A stretch of 64,000 bases of DNA from Clostridiales bacterium (lineage in GTDB: Bacteria; Bacillota; Clostridia; Christensenellales; Pumilibacteraceae). Below are positions 18,894 to 28,082 of the stretch, in pieces. The stretch lies in contig DQGD01000004.1 of assembly GCA_003533505.1 (NCBI GenBank), forward strand, positions 3,933 through 67,932. Direction: 5' to 3'. Position 1 is the first letter of the stretch, and every line of letters starts with the position of its first letter. A program made the position numbers and the translations under genes. Below the pieces are notes generated by a model. It was given only the letters and a program-made list of their open reading frames with translations. It did no database searches and was not told the DNA's origin.

Positions 18894-18981
18894 TTTATTC
18901 AGAGGAGTAACGGCATTGCCCCGAATGATAGGGCAATGCCGTTGCGACGTGAAATCCCCGACATGGAACAAGTAATCGACC
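18894..18981 (+). repeat. Family-1 structured intergenic element, copy 2
   Basis: TTTATTCAGAGGAG, perfect 13-bp hairpin AACGGCATTGCCC/GGGCAATGCCGTT (18909-18921 / 18931-18943), then GCGACGTGAAATCCCCGACATGGAACAAGTAATCG. Confidence 0.75.
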
Positions 18982-18990
18982 ATTTAAAGA

Positions 18991-19035
18991 CCCCTTTGTG
19001 CAAAGGAGCTCTCGCGAAGCGGGTGGGGGATTGTC
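18991..19035 (+). repeat. Family-2 structured element, copy 2 (divergent)
   Basis: CCTTTGTGCAAAGG hairpin, CTCGC-GAA-GCGGG hairpin, then GGGGATTGTC. This is the same architecture as the reverse complements of 18834-18893 and 61188-61244. Confidence 0.6.
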
Positions 19036-19188
19036 GGAATATACGGGTATTAACAAGCGTTGCATTAAACCGTAACATTTGCAATAGCCGCCATTTTTCG
19101 GCAAACGGACGTGCGTTCGGCGCGTTCTACTTTCAAAATTTAAAAGTATTTTTCAAAAAAACAGTTAATTATTGACAGGCAAGGAGTA

Positions 19189-19217
19189 TTGACGAGGGAA
19201 TTTGCTCGCGTTATAAT
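19189..19217 (+). promoter_or_regulatory. Putative sigma-A promoter of the ABC/glycan locus
   Basis: TTGACG, 17 nt, TATAAT. A second TTGACA lies at 19172. About 83 nt upstream of the ATG at 19300. Confidence 0.5.
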
Positions 19218-19299
19218 GTTTTTAGTACCCGAGGGTGAGCACAAAACGCTCGGAAAAAATTGTAAAACTCTGGGAAAATAGTAAAAAAGGAGCAAATTG

Positions 19300-21048
19300 A
19301 TGAAAAAAGCGTTTAAAAAGATTATTTCGGCTATGCTTGCGGCTACCATGTGTTTTTCGGTTGCGGCTTGCTCGCCCGCAATGCCCGACGGCGGCGATAC
19401 CGACGAGAGCGTCGATACCATGCGCACTCAGTTGTATGTGTACAACTTCAACGGCGGCTTCGGCACCGAGTGGCTGAAAGCGGCTAAGACGCGCTTCGAA
19501 GCAAAGCACGCCGAGGACGAGCTGGAATCCGGGAAAAAGGGCGTTCAGGTCATTATAAAAGCCAACAAGGACTCGAACAACGGCGATACCTTCTGGAATA
19601 ATATTCCCAAGGCTCGCGAGGAAGTCTACTTCGTCGAGGGTGCGGACTACTACAAGCTCGTCGGAAGCGAGCTGATGCTCGACATAACCGACGCGGTGAC
19701 GAGTCCGTTGTCCGAGTACGGCGAAACCGAGAGTATAAAGGACAAGATGACCGCCGAACAGCAGGCGTATTACGGCGTGGGCGCGGACGGCAAGTACTAC
19801 GGCGTGCCGCATTACGCAGGCTATTGGGGCATTATCTACAACAAGGACTTGTTCGACAGCCAGGGTTACTACTTTGCCGACGACCAATCGTATTTCGAGA
19901 ATACCAATCAGCTCGCGTTCCGCTTCGTACAAAACGAAGTCGAAAACACCAAAAAGAGCGCAGGACCCGACGGCAAGTACGACACCGAGGACGACGGGCT
20001 GCCCACGACCTACGAGGAGTTTTTCCTTCTGTGCGACTACATAAAGGAAAAGAAGGATATTCCTATTCAGTGGCGCGGCGTGTCGTACTCCGACTATGTG
20101 CAGACGATTTCCAATACGTTCGCAGTCGACTTCGAGGGCAAAGAGCAGTGGATGCTCAACTACGAATTCGGCAGCGGAACCGCAAAGCAGGCTACGTCGC
20201 TGGGTAAAGTGGTGAACGGCGCCTTCGTTCGCGACAGCAAGCCCACGACGATAACCGCGGAAAACGGCTATGAGCTCGCCCGTCAGGAGGGCAAGTGGCA
20301 CGCAGTCGAGCTTATGCAGAAGATGTGCGCCCCGTCCTACAACGAATACCACAACGACAAAGCCTACAACAACTCGTACTCGCACCTCGACGCGCAGTCG
20401 GACTTCCTCTACGGCGGTATCGACGGCAGCACCAAGGCTGCGGCAATGTTATTCGACGGCGTGTGGTGGCAGATGGAAGCCGCTTCCGCATTCTCCGACA
20501 TCGTGAAGCGTTACGGCGAGGATTATTCCGAGCAAAACAGGAAGTTCGCGCTGATGCCGCTGCCCAAAGCCAACGCCGAAAAGCTGGCGGCTTCGCGTGC
20601 CGAGGGCGCAAAGAATCAGACGATGTACGACGCGCAGTACTCGCTCGCGTTCGTCAAGTCCAATATCGACGAGAGCAAGAAAGCGATTGCCGTCGACTTC
20701 ATCAGGTTTGTAAACTCGCAGGAATCGCTTGTCGAGTACACGACGATAACCAACACCACCAAGGCGCTACAGTACAGCTTGACCGATGAGCAGAAATCCA
20801 AGCTGTCGTATTTCGGCAGAAGCGTAATCGATTTGCAGGAGCGGTCGGACGTGGTGTACCCGTATTCGACGAGCGCGAAGTACCAGAACAACGCTTCGCA
20901 GTTCCGCCCCTCCAGAATGTACCGCACCACCGCCACCACCAAGGAGTACGCGCCGAGTACGTTCCACGAGGAAACGTCGGTCACCGCCGAAGCCTACTTC
21001 AACGGTATGGCGGACTACCTCAAGAATCTGTGGCCGAGCCTCAACTGA
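19300..21048 (+). CDS. ABC transporter extracellular solute-binding lipoprotein (large, LplA-like sugar-binding type)
   Basis: 582 aa from the ATG at 19300 (AAAAGGAG RBS 7 nt upstream; the track starts at TTG 19297). Lipobox FSVAAC. Followed by two sugar-type permeases. Confidence 0.85.
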   Translation: MKKAFKKIISAMLAATMCFSVAACSPAMPDGGDTDESVDTMRTQLYVYNFNGGFGTEWLKAAKTRFEAKHAEDELESGKKGVQVIIKANKDSNNGDTFWNNIPKAREEVYFVEGADYYKLVGSELMLDITDAVTSPLSEYGETESIKDKMTAEQQAYYGVGADGKYYGVPHYAGYWGIIYNKDLFDSQGYYFADDQSYFENTNQLAFRFVQNEVENTKKSAGPDGKYDTEDDGLPTTYEEFFLLCDYIKEKKDIPIQWRGVSYSDYVQTISNTFAVDFEGKEQWMLNYEFGSGTAKQATSLGKVVNGAFVRDSKPTTITAENGYELARQEGKWHAVELMQKMCAPSYNEYHNDKAYNNSYSHLDAQSDFLYGGIDGSTKAAAMLFDGVWWQMEAASAFSDIVKRYGEDYSEQNRKFALMPLPKANAEKLAASRAEGAKNQTMYDAQYSLAFVKSNIDESKKAIAVDFIRFVNSQESLVEYTTITNTTKALQYSLTDEQKSKLSYFGRSVIDLQERSDVVYPYSTSAKYQNNASQFRPSRMYRTTATTKEYAPSTFHEETSVTAEAYFNGMADYLKNLWPSLN

Positions 21049-21058
21049 GTGACAAGAG

Positions 21059-21982
21059 ATGGCAAATAATACAGTAAAAAAACGCACGCGCGCGGCAAAG
21101 GGCGACATGCTCTTTTACGTTCTGATGATGGCATGGCCGATTTTGCAGTTCTGCGTGTTCTATATCGCCGTTAAGTTCAACAGCATACTGTACTCGTTTC
21201 AGCGTTATGACAAGCTGAGCAGAACGTTCACCTGGACGCTCGATTATGTAAAGAGCGCGCTGAAGATGATGACGACCAGCCCGGCGCTCGTCGAAACGAT
21301 GAAGATGACGCTGCTGTTCTTCCTGCTGTTCACCGGCATAAACACGCCGCTGGGTCTGCTGTTTTCCTACTACATAAGCAAAAAACAGTTCGCTTCCGGC
21401 TTCTTCCGCGTGTTCCTGTTCCTGCCGTCGATAATCTGTTCGGTAATCATGGTGCTTATCTACGGCAACTTTGTGGACGTCGCGCTGCCCGAAATCGTGC
21501 GCGTTCTCACCGGCAAAACGGTGAGCGGACTGATGAGCACCAAGAGCACGAGGTTTTTCGCGGTAATGTTCTACAACCTGCTTGTGGGCTTCGGCGTAAA
21601 CGTGCTGATGTACTCCAACGCGATGTCGGCTATTTCCGAGGAAGTGGTGGAAGCGGCGCACCTCGACGGCGCGACGGGACTTAAGGAATTTTGGTTCATC
21701 ACGCTCCCGTCGATTTATCCCACGCTGGTCACGTTCCTTATCACCGCTCTTGCCGGAATGTTCCTCAACCAATACAACCTGTATTCGTTCTTCGGCTCGG
21801 GCGAGCACTTCGGGTTACAAACCTACGGACTGTACTTCTACGTCCAGACGCTCGCAGCCGACGGCTCACGGGCGGAGTACTCGCAGATTTCCGCGATAGG
21901 CTTGTGGCTGACGTTCATCGCGTTGCCGCTCACCTACGGCGTGAAGTTCCTGCTCGAAAAGCTGGGACCGAGCGAGGATTAG
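21059..21982 (+). CDS. Carbohydrate ABC transporter permease (LplB/MalF-like)
   Basis: 307 aa, 6 TM helices, EAA-loop-like EEVVEAAHLDGATGLKEFWFITLP. Confidence 0.85.
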   Translation: MANNTVKKRTRAAKGDMLFYVLMMAWPILQFCVFYIAVKFNSILYSFQRYDKLSRTFTWTLDYVKSALKMMTTSPALVETMKMTLLFFLLFTGINTPLGLLFSYYISKKQFASGFFRVFLFLPSIICSVIMVLIYGNFVDVALPEIVRVLTGKTVSGLMSTKSTRFFAVMFYNLLVGFGVNVLMYSNAMSAISEEVVEAAHLDGATGLKEFWFITLPSIYPTLVTFLITALAGMFLNQYNLYSFFGSGEHFGLQTYGLYFYVQTLAADGSRAEYSQISAIGLWLTFIALPLTYGVKFLLEKLGPSED

Positions 21983-21991
21983 GAGGCAAAT

Positions 21992-22879
21992 ATGGTTTCG
22001 ATAAAGAAAAAATCAAAATTCGATATTCGCCTCACTCCCGTGACGGGCATACTGCTCGCGTTTCTCATAATCTACGTCGTGCTGCTCGTCGCTCCGCTCG
22101 TCTGGGCGTTTATCACCTCGTTCAAGGCGCAGAGCGACTATCGGCTCAACGTCCTCGGACTTCCGGAAAAATGGGTGTGGAATTACTCCTACGTGATTAA
22201 AAACGGCGTAATTCTGGTGGGCACGACGGGCAAATACGCCTCCGTGCCGCAAATGTTCGGCTACACGTTCCTCTACGCGCTCGGCTGCGCGTTCACGAAT
22301 ACGCTCGTGCCGTGCATCACCGCGTATCTGTGTGCGCGTTTCCACTACAAGTTCTCGAAAGTCGTGTACAACGTAGTCGTGGTGGTAATGATTCTGCCGA
22401 TAGTGGGCAGCCTGCCTGCCGAAGTGCAGATGGCGCGCACGCTCGGTTTCTACGACCATATATGGGGCTTGTGGCTGATGAAAGCCAATTTCCTCGGAAT
22501 GTACTTCCTCGTGTTCCACGCGACGTTCAAGAGCCTGCCGATGACCTACACCGAAGCGGCGAAAATAGACGGCGCGAACAATATGGCGATACTCGTAAAA
22601 GTGATACTGCCGCTCGCGAAAAACACGTTCGCCACGGTAATGCTGATAAACTTCATTACGTTCTGGAACGACTACCAGACCCCGATGATTTACATGCCCA
22701 CTTATCCCACGATTGCCGAGGGCGTGTTCGTCATGGCGCAAAGCTCGATGAACGGCTTGGCCAGCGTGCCGATGCGCATGACGGGCACGATGATAATGCT
22801 GCTGCCTATTCTCGCGGTGTTCCTCGTGTTTCAAAGACGGCTGCTCGGCAACCTCACCGTGGGCGGCATCAAGGGCTAG
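21992..22879 (+). CDS. Carbohydrate ABC transporter permease (LplC/MalG-like)
   Basis: 295 aa. EAA loop YTEAAKIDGANNMAILVKVILPLA. AGGAGG RBS. Confidence 0.85.
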   Translation: MVSIKKKSKFDIRLTPVTGILLAFLIIYVVLLVAPLVWAFITSFKAQSDYRLNVLGLPEKWVWNYSYVIKNGVILVGTTGKYASVPQMFGYTFLYALGCAFTNTLVPCITAYLCARFHYKFSKVVYNVVVVVMILPIVGSLPAEVQMARTLGFYDHIWGLWLMKANFLGMYFLVFHATFKSLPMTYTEAAKIDGANNMAILVKVILPLAKNTFATVMLINFITFWNDYQTPMIYMPTYPTIAEGVFVMAQSSMNGLASVPMRMTGTMIMLLPILAVFLVFQRRLLGNLTVGGIKG

Positions 22880-22907
22880 AAAGAGAATTATAGAGGAGAA
22901 GTTATGT

Positions 22908-25900
22908 ATGATTGAAAAGAAAAACAAAAAACGCATAATCTTAGGCGCGTGCTGCGCGGCGTTCTGCGCGATTGCGGCGACGGGTGCGGCGGCCTCCGAG
23001 CTTGAGCGTCCGTCCGTGCCGATAATGCAACCCGGCACGGAGCTCAGCGGCGACGTGAGAACAAGCGGCGCGTGGAGCGGCGACGAAATCCGCGACAGCT
23101 ATGAGTTTCTGACCGCGTTCACCGTACCCGAGCGCATGTTCACCGCGGACGGCGAAAGCGCAAAAGCCGACAGCGTTGTGATTTATCCCGACGGCACCGC
23201 GACAAAGAACAAGCAAATCACGCTCGACCGGAGCGGAGTGTACGAAGTGCGCTACACGGCGGTAGTCGGCGGCAAGACCTACTACGAAAACGTCAATTTC
23301 TCCGTCGACAAGCGCCCGTATTACTGCACGGGCTCGGGCGAGAGCAGAGTCGAGTACCGCTCCGATTTTTCCGCGAAATTTCCCTATACCTGGTGGAATA
23401 ACGACAATACTACCGAAACGCGCTATACCGACTTTAAAAAACCCGGCTTGCTCGTCGAGCTCAAGCAGGGCGACAAGCTCGAGTGCGCGCGGCTTATCGA
23501 CGTCGGCGACCTCAAAAAGAGCGACATGCTGTTCGCGGTTACGGCGGTTCCATACGTTTCGGGCGTGTGCGACTTCGAGCGGCTTGACTTCGTGCTCACC
23601 GACTCCGCCGACCCGAGCATATCGCTGAAGATACGCGCGAGAGGGTACTTAAACGACGGCGACGAGTTCCCGTACACCTACATTCTCGCCGGCGGACAGA
23701 ATCAAGCGCTCAAGGGCTATGAAGCCGGCAAAAAGCTGATTCACGTCAACGACGAGTGGGGCACGGGCACAAATCACAGCTTCTACGGAAAATACAACTG
23801 CATTTACGGCACCTACAACGACGCCGACGCGCATCAGACGCTCAAGCTTTACTACGACGCGGACGAGAACGCCGTCTACACGCAGTGGAACGGCTATCGT
23901 GACCGCAAGCAAAGCCGCGTCATCGACCTCGACGACCCCGAGTTCTTTTCCGACGCGTGGACGGGTTTTCCGTCGGGCAAGGCAAGACTGACGATAGAGG
24001 CAGGCGTGTACACGGGCGAAACCGCGCGCTTCCTCGTGTCGGAAATCGCCGGGCTCGACCTGTCCGAAACCGAATTCAAGGAAACCGAGCCCCCGGAAAT
24101 CACGGTGGACTGCGACTATGAAACGATGCCCGCGGCGGTAAGGGGCGGCAGTTATGCGGTGCCCGAAGCTACGGCGTTCGACGTGTACACCGGCAGGTGC
24201 GCCGTCAGGACTACCGTGTGGTACAACTACGGTCAGAGCAACGCCGCCATGGTGCAGCAAAGCGGCGGCAAATTCGTCACCGCAAAATCGGGAACCTACG
24301 CTATCGTCTACGAGGCGACCGACCGAAGCGGCAATTCCGCAAAGAAAGTATTGTGGGTAAATTGCATAAAATCGCTTCCCGACATGACGATAAAGCTTAG
24401 CGGCGACTATAAGACCGCATGCAATGCCGGCGAGAGCGCGGAGCTTGCACGGTATTCGACGGACGGCGGCAGCGGCAAGGTAAACGTCGCGGTCACGGCT
24501 TCCGTCGGCGGCTCGGAGCAAGTCGTTTACGGCGCGTTCACCCCGAAGAAAACGGGCAACTACACGATAACTTACACGGCGACCGACTACATCGGGCGCA
24601 CGGCGACCGCGAGCTACACGCTTGCCGTCACCGCGTCGGATAAGCCGATATTCGCCGAAAAACCGCTGCTCCCGGCAGGCTACATAAGCGGTACCAAATA
24701 CGTCGTGCCCACGCTGTACGCCGACGACTACGCGAGCGGCGAGGCAAAACGCGTGGCGGCAACGGTAAAAGTTACCGACGGGAACGGCGAAAAGACGTAT
24801 AACGCAGGCGAGCGGTTTACTCCGATTGCTCCAACGAATGAAACGCTTACGCTGGAGTTTATCGCAGGCGGCGCGAGCGTCGTATATACGGTGCCGTGCG
24901 TGAACACCAAGAACGAGAAGAGAATGCTCGCCGCGGAAAAGTTTTTCCTGCCCGAAAACGCAAGCGTTAGCAAGGACGACAACGGCGTGACGATTACGGC
25001 AAACGGCGAGAGCGGCAAGGTCACGTTTATAAACGACGTGCTCGCCGAGAGTTTTGACCTCGAATTCGCGATTGTGAAGTCCGCGCCGGAGTTTAACAGA
25101 CTGACCGTAACGCTCACCGATTCGCTCGACAGCAGTATCGCCGCGACCGTTGCGCTCGTTCGCGACAACGAGTATACGCGAGTGATTACGTCCGGCGGCG
25201 AAGCGAGAGTGAGAAACTTCGGTTTCGGCAATCCAGATAAGACGAGCTCGCTCACCTATTCGGGCGGCGCGTTCGCGCTGGGCGGCAACGTTTCGAAAGT
25301 GACCGCGACCGACGGCGGCGCGGCGTTCGGCGGCTTCCCGTCGGGCAAAGTGCGCGCGGTAATCGCGATTAGCGAAGCCGAAAACGGTTCTGCCGTCAAT
25401 GTTTCCGCGCTGTCGGGTCAAACGCTGTCGGCAAAGACCGCGCTCGACTTCGTGGCTCCGATAATCGAAATCGAAAGCGGCTACGGCGGTTCGCACGCCG
25501 TGGGCTCGACGTTGACGCTCAAAAAGTCATACTACGGCGACGTGCTTGACACCAACGCGACGGCTACGATGACCGTTACCGACCCCGACGGCAACGCGGT
25601 GACGGACGTAGGCGGCAAAGCTCTGAACGCCGTCGAGCCCGACGCCTATGTGATTACGCTGGACAAAACGGGCGTGTATACCGTGAAATACACGGCAAAG
25701 GACGCCTCCGGCAACACCGCAAACCGCACTTATTCGATAAAGTCCGAGGACGTAACCGCGCCCGTGCTCGCCGTTAAAGGCGAGTGGAAGGACGCCAAAC
25801 TCGGCGAGGACTATTTGCTCCCCGAAATCACCGCCACCGACGAGAGCGGAGAGGTTACCGTGAGAATAATGATACTCGACTTTAACGGTATCGTCACAAT

Positions 25901-26024
25901 GTTGAACGGCGACGTCAAGGCGATTAAATTCGCGGTTTCGGGCAAGCACACGATAACGATAGTGGCGCGCGACCAAAGCGGCAACACCGTGAGCGAGCGC
26001 GTGACGATAACGGTAAACGAGTGA
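22908..26024 (+). CDS. Large secreted protein with repeated Ig-like (HYR/Big-like) domains, no recognisable catalytic domain
   Basis: 1038 aa with an N-terminal signal peptide. A recurring domain-end motif appears four times: TDRSGNSAKKVLWV, ATDYIGRTATASYTLAV, AKDASGNTANRTYSI, ARDQSGNTVSERVTITV. Confidence 0.6.
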   Translation: MIEKKNKKRIILGACCAAFCAIAATGAAASELERPSVPIMQPGTELSGDVRTSGAWSGDEIRDSYEFLTAFTVPERMFTADGESAKADSVVIYPDGTATKNKQITLDRSGVYEVRYTAVVGGKTYYENVNFSVDKRPYYCTGSGESRVEYRSDFSAKFPYTWWNNDNTTETRYTDFKKPGLLVELKQGDKLECARLIDVGDLKKSDMLFAVTAVPYVSGVCDFERLDFVLTDSADPSISLKIRARGYLNDGDEFPYTYILAGGQNQALKGYEAGKKLIHVNDEWGTGTNHSFYGKYNCIYGTYNDADAHQTLKLYYDADENAVYTQWNGYRDRKQSRVIDLDDPEFFSDAWTGFPSGKARLTIEAGVYTGETARFLVSEIAGLDLSETEFKETEPPEITVDCDYETMPAAVRGGSYAVPEATAFDVYTGRCAVRTTVWYNYGQSNAAMVQQSGGKFVTAKSGTYAIVYEATDRSGNSAKKVLWVNCIKSLPDMTIKLSGDYKTACNAGESAELARYSTDGGSGKVNVAVTASVGGSEQVVYGAFTPKKTGNYTITYTATDYIGRTATASYTLAVTASDKPIFAEKPLLPAGYISGTKYVVPTLYADDYASGEAKRVAATVKVTDGNGEKTYNAGERFTPIAPTNETLTLEFIAGGASVVYTVPCVNTKNEKRMLAAEKFFLPENASVSKDDNGVTITANGESGKVTFINDVLAESFDLEFAIVKSAPEFNRLTVTLTDSLDSSIAATVALVRDNEYTRVITSGGEARVRNFGFGNPDKTSSLTYSGGAFALGGNVSKVTATDGGAAFGGFPSGKVRAVIAISEAENGSAVNVSALSGQTLSAKTALDFVAPIIEIESGYGGSHAVGSTLTLKKSYYGDVLDTNATATMTVTDPDGNAVTDVGGKALNAVEPDAYVITLDKTGVYTVKYTAKDASGNTANRTYSIKSEDVTAPVLAVKGEWKDAKLGEDYLLPEITATDESGEVTVRIMILDFNGIVTMLNGDVKAIKFAVSGKHTITIVARDQSGNTVSERVTITVNE

Positions 26025-26040
26025 ACGGGAGGACAAAATC

Positions 26041-28065
26041 ATGAAGAAAAGATTGGGAATAATAGCGTTGCTTCTCGCCCTCGTCATGGCGTTTACGGGT
26101 TGCTCGGGCGGAAATAAGCCAGACGACGATAAGGATAACGACGGGAACAACACCGGCTCCGCGGCTCGGGAGCTTGTGTCCGAGAGTCACCTCAGCTCCA
26201 AGGGCTTACACAAAATCAGCGTGACGGCGAACGCAAACCGCAAATTCATAGAGAACGGTAAAACCGACTACACGATTGTGTACGCGGACGGCGACCACGG
26301 CAAGCGCGCCGCGGAATTCCTCGTCAAGCAGGCGTTCGCGGCGAGCGGCGCGTACATAAACGCAATCCCGGCTTCCGAATACGAGAAAACCTACGAGAGC
26401 GGCGACAAGCTTATCGTCATCGGCGTAAAATCGCTGTTTGACGCGGCAGGGCTTACGATGCCCTCGGACGAAATAGGCGTTACGGGCTATTACCTTACCA
26501 CCAAGGACAATTCGGCGTTTATCGGCGTAAAGCACGCCATGGGTTGTCAGTCAGGCACGCTCGCGTTTCTCCGCTACACGTTCGGCTATGAGATGTACGC
26601 CGACGACGCGGTGACTTTCGAGAACAAGGGCGAAACGATACCCGACATGGAGATCGTCGAAAAGCCCGACTTCACGTTCCACCGCGACGGCAACGGCATG
26701 GGTGTTTATCACCCCGACGCAATGTACGGCTTGGGTTTCCAGAGCGCGAGCTGGATCTTCGCTTCGGTAGGCGAGAACATGTGGCATAATACGTTCGACT
26801 ATCTGCCGAAAAAGACTTATCAGCAGAAACACCCGAAGTGGTACTCCGATAACGGCGCGCAGCTTTGCTACACCGCGCACGGCGACGAAACCGAGTACGC
26901 CGAAATGGTGGATACGGTCACGGCGGTCGCGATAGACACGCTGAATAAGTACCCCGAACGCAACACGCTTACGTTCACCATTCAGGACGGCATGTCAGGT
27001 TGCGAGTGCGCCGCGTGCAGCGCAATGGTCTCGACTTACGGGGCAGAGTCCGCCGCGGCAATCAAGATGACGAACACCGTCGCGGACAAAGTGAAAAAGC
27101 ACTTTGACGACAAGGCGGCGGCAGAGAGCGGCGAGCCGCGCGAATTCACCATTCTGATTTTCGCCTACAACTACATGGAGCAGGCGCCCGTCAAAACCGT
27201 GGACGATAAACTCGTTGCGGCCGACGACAGCGTGAAGCTTCACGACAACGTAGGCGTGTATATCGCGCCGCTCAACGGCACCGACGTCGATTACAGTCGC
27301 TCGTTCTACGACGAGAAAAACGCGGACACACGCGCGCTTATCGACGGCTGGTCGGCGCTCACCGACAATATCTACCTGTGGCTGTACGAAACTAACTTCG
27401 CGCACCTTGCCTACCCGTTCAATTCGTGGGACAGTCTGGTCGAAACCTACCGTTACGCCGCCGAAATCAACGCGGTGCACGTCAACAACCTCGGCGCGTT
27501 CTACGGCGTGGCGAACCCGACGGGCTTCACGCGGCTTAAAGACTACATCGACGCGAAAGCCATGTACGACGTGAACGTCAATTACGCCGAACTCGTGGAC
27601 AAATTCTTCGACGGTTACTTCGCCGAAGCCGCCGAGCCGATGCGCAGGTACTTCGACGAGCTCAACGTGTGGATGCGCGAGCTTCAGGAGAACTATCCCG
27701 ACGACGTGAGGGGCTATTGCTACGAGCAGATAAACAAGGAGCAGTATTGGCCCAAGCGCATGCTCGAGGGTTGGCTCGACTGCATCGACGAGGCGTACAA
27801 GAGCATCGAAAAGTACAAGGGAGCCGAGCAAAGCAAGTACGAGGCGCTTAATAAGCGCATTCTCGCGGAAAGCATATTCCCGAGATTCGCGTTACTTGAA
27901 TTGTACAGCGGCAATTACGACAACGAAGCGCTATACAGCACTCGCGTGGCGTTCAAGGACGACATCGAGTCGCTGGGCTTCGATTGGTTGGTTGAAGCAG
28001 ACCCGTTCACCGGTCTGAAACAATATACATTCAGCGAACTGTTTAAACAGTGGGGGATTTCTTAA
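26041..28065 (+). CDS. Lipoprotein, DUF4838-like (GH20-related fold suspected)
   Basis: 674 aa. Lipobox AFTGC. The CECAAC motif and overall layout recall DUF4838 proteins (from memory). GGGAGG RBS. Confidence 0.5.
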   Translation: MKKRLGIIALLLALVMAFTGCSGGNKPDDDKDNDGNNTGSAARELVSESHLSSKGLHKISVTANANRKFIENGKTDYTIVYADGDHGKRAAEFLVKQAFAASGAYINAIPASEYEKTYESGDKLIVIGVKSLFDAAGLTMPSDEIGVTGYYLTTKDNSAFIGVKHAMGCQSGTLAFLRYTFGYEMYADDAVTFENKGETIPDMEIVEKPDFTFHRDGNGMGVYHPDAMYGLGFQSASWIFASVGENMWHNTFDYLPKKTYQQKHPKWYSDNGAQLCYTAHGDETEYAEMVDTVTAVAIDTLNKYPERNTLTFTIQDGMSGCECAACSAMVSTYGAESAAAIKMTNTVADKVKKHFDDKAAAESGEPREFTILIFAYNYMEQAPVKTVDDKLVAADDSVKLHDNVGVYIAPLNGTDVDYSRSFYDEKNADTRALIDGWSALTDNIYLWLYETNFAHLAYPFNSWDSLVETYRYAAEINAVHVNNLGAFYGVANPTGFTRLKDYIDAKAMYDVNVNYAELVDKFFDGYFAEAAEPMRRYFDELNVWMRELQENYPDDVRGYCYEQINKEQYWPKRMLEGWLDCIDEAYKSIEKYKGAEQSKYEALNKRILAESIFPRFALLELYSGNYDNEALYSTRVAFKDDIESLGFDWLVEADPFTGLKQYTFSELFKQWGIS

Positions 28066-28082
28066 AAAGGAGAGAGAAAAAG

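Noticed and set aside
23649-25496. 615-aa minus-strand ORF inside the 1038-aa secreted protein gene
   Set aside because: The product is Arg-rich and low-complexity with no RBS. The plus-strand frame has a signal peptide, repeated Ig-like domain motifs and operon-consistent spacing.
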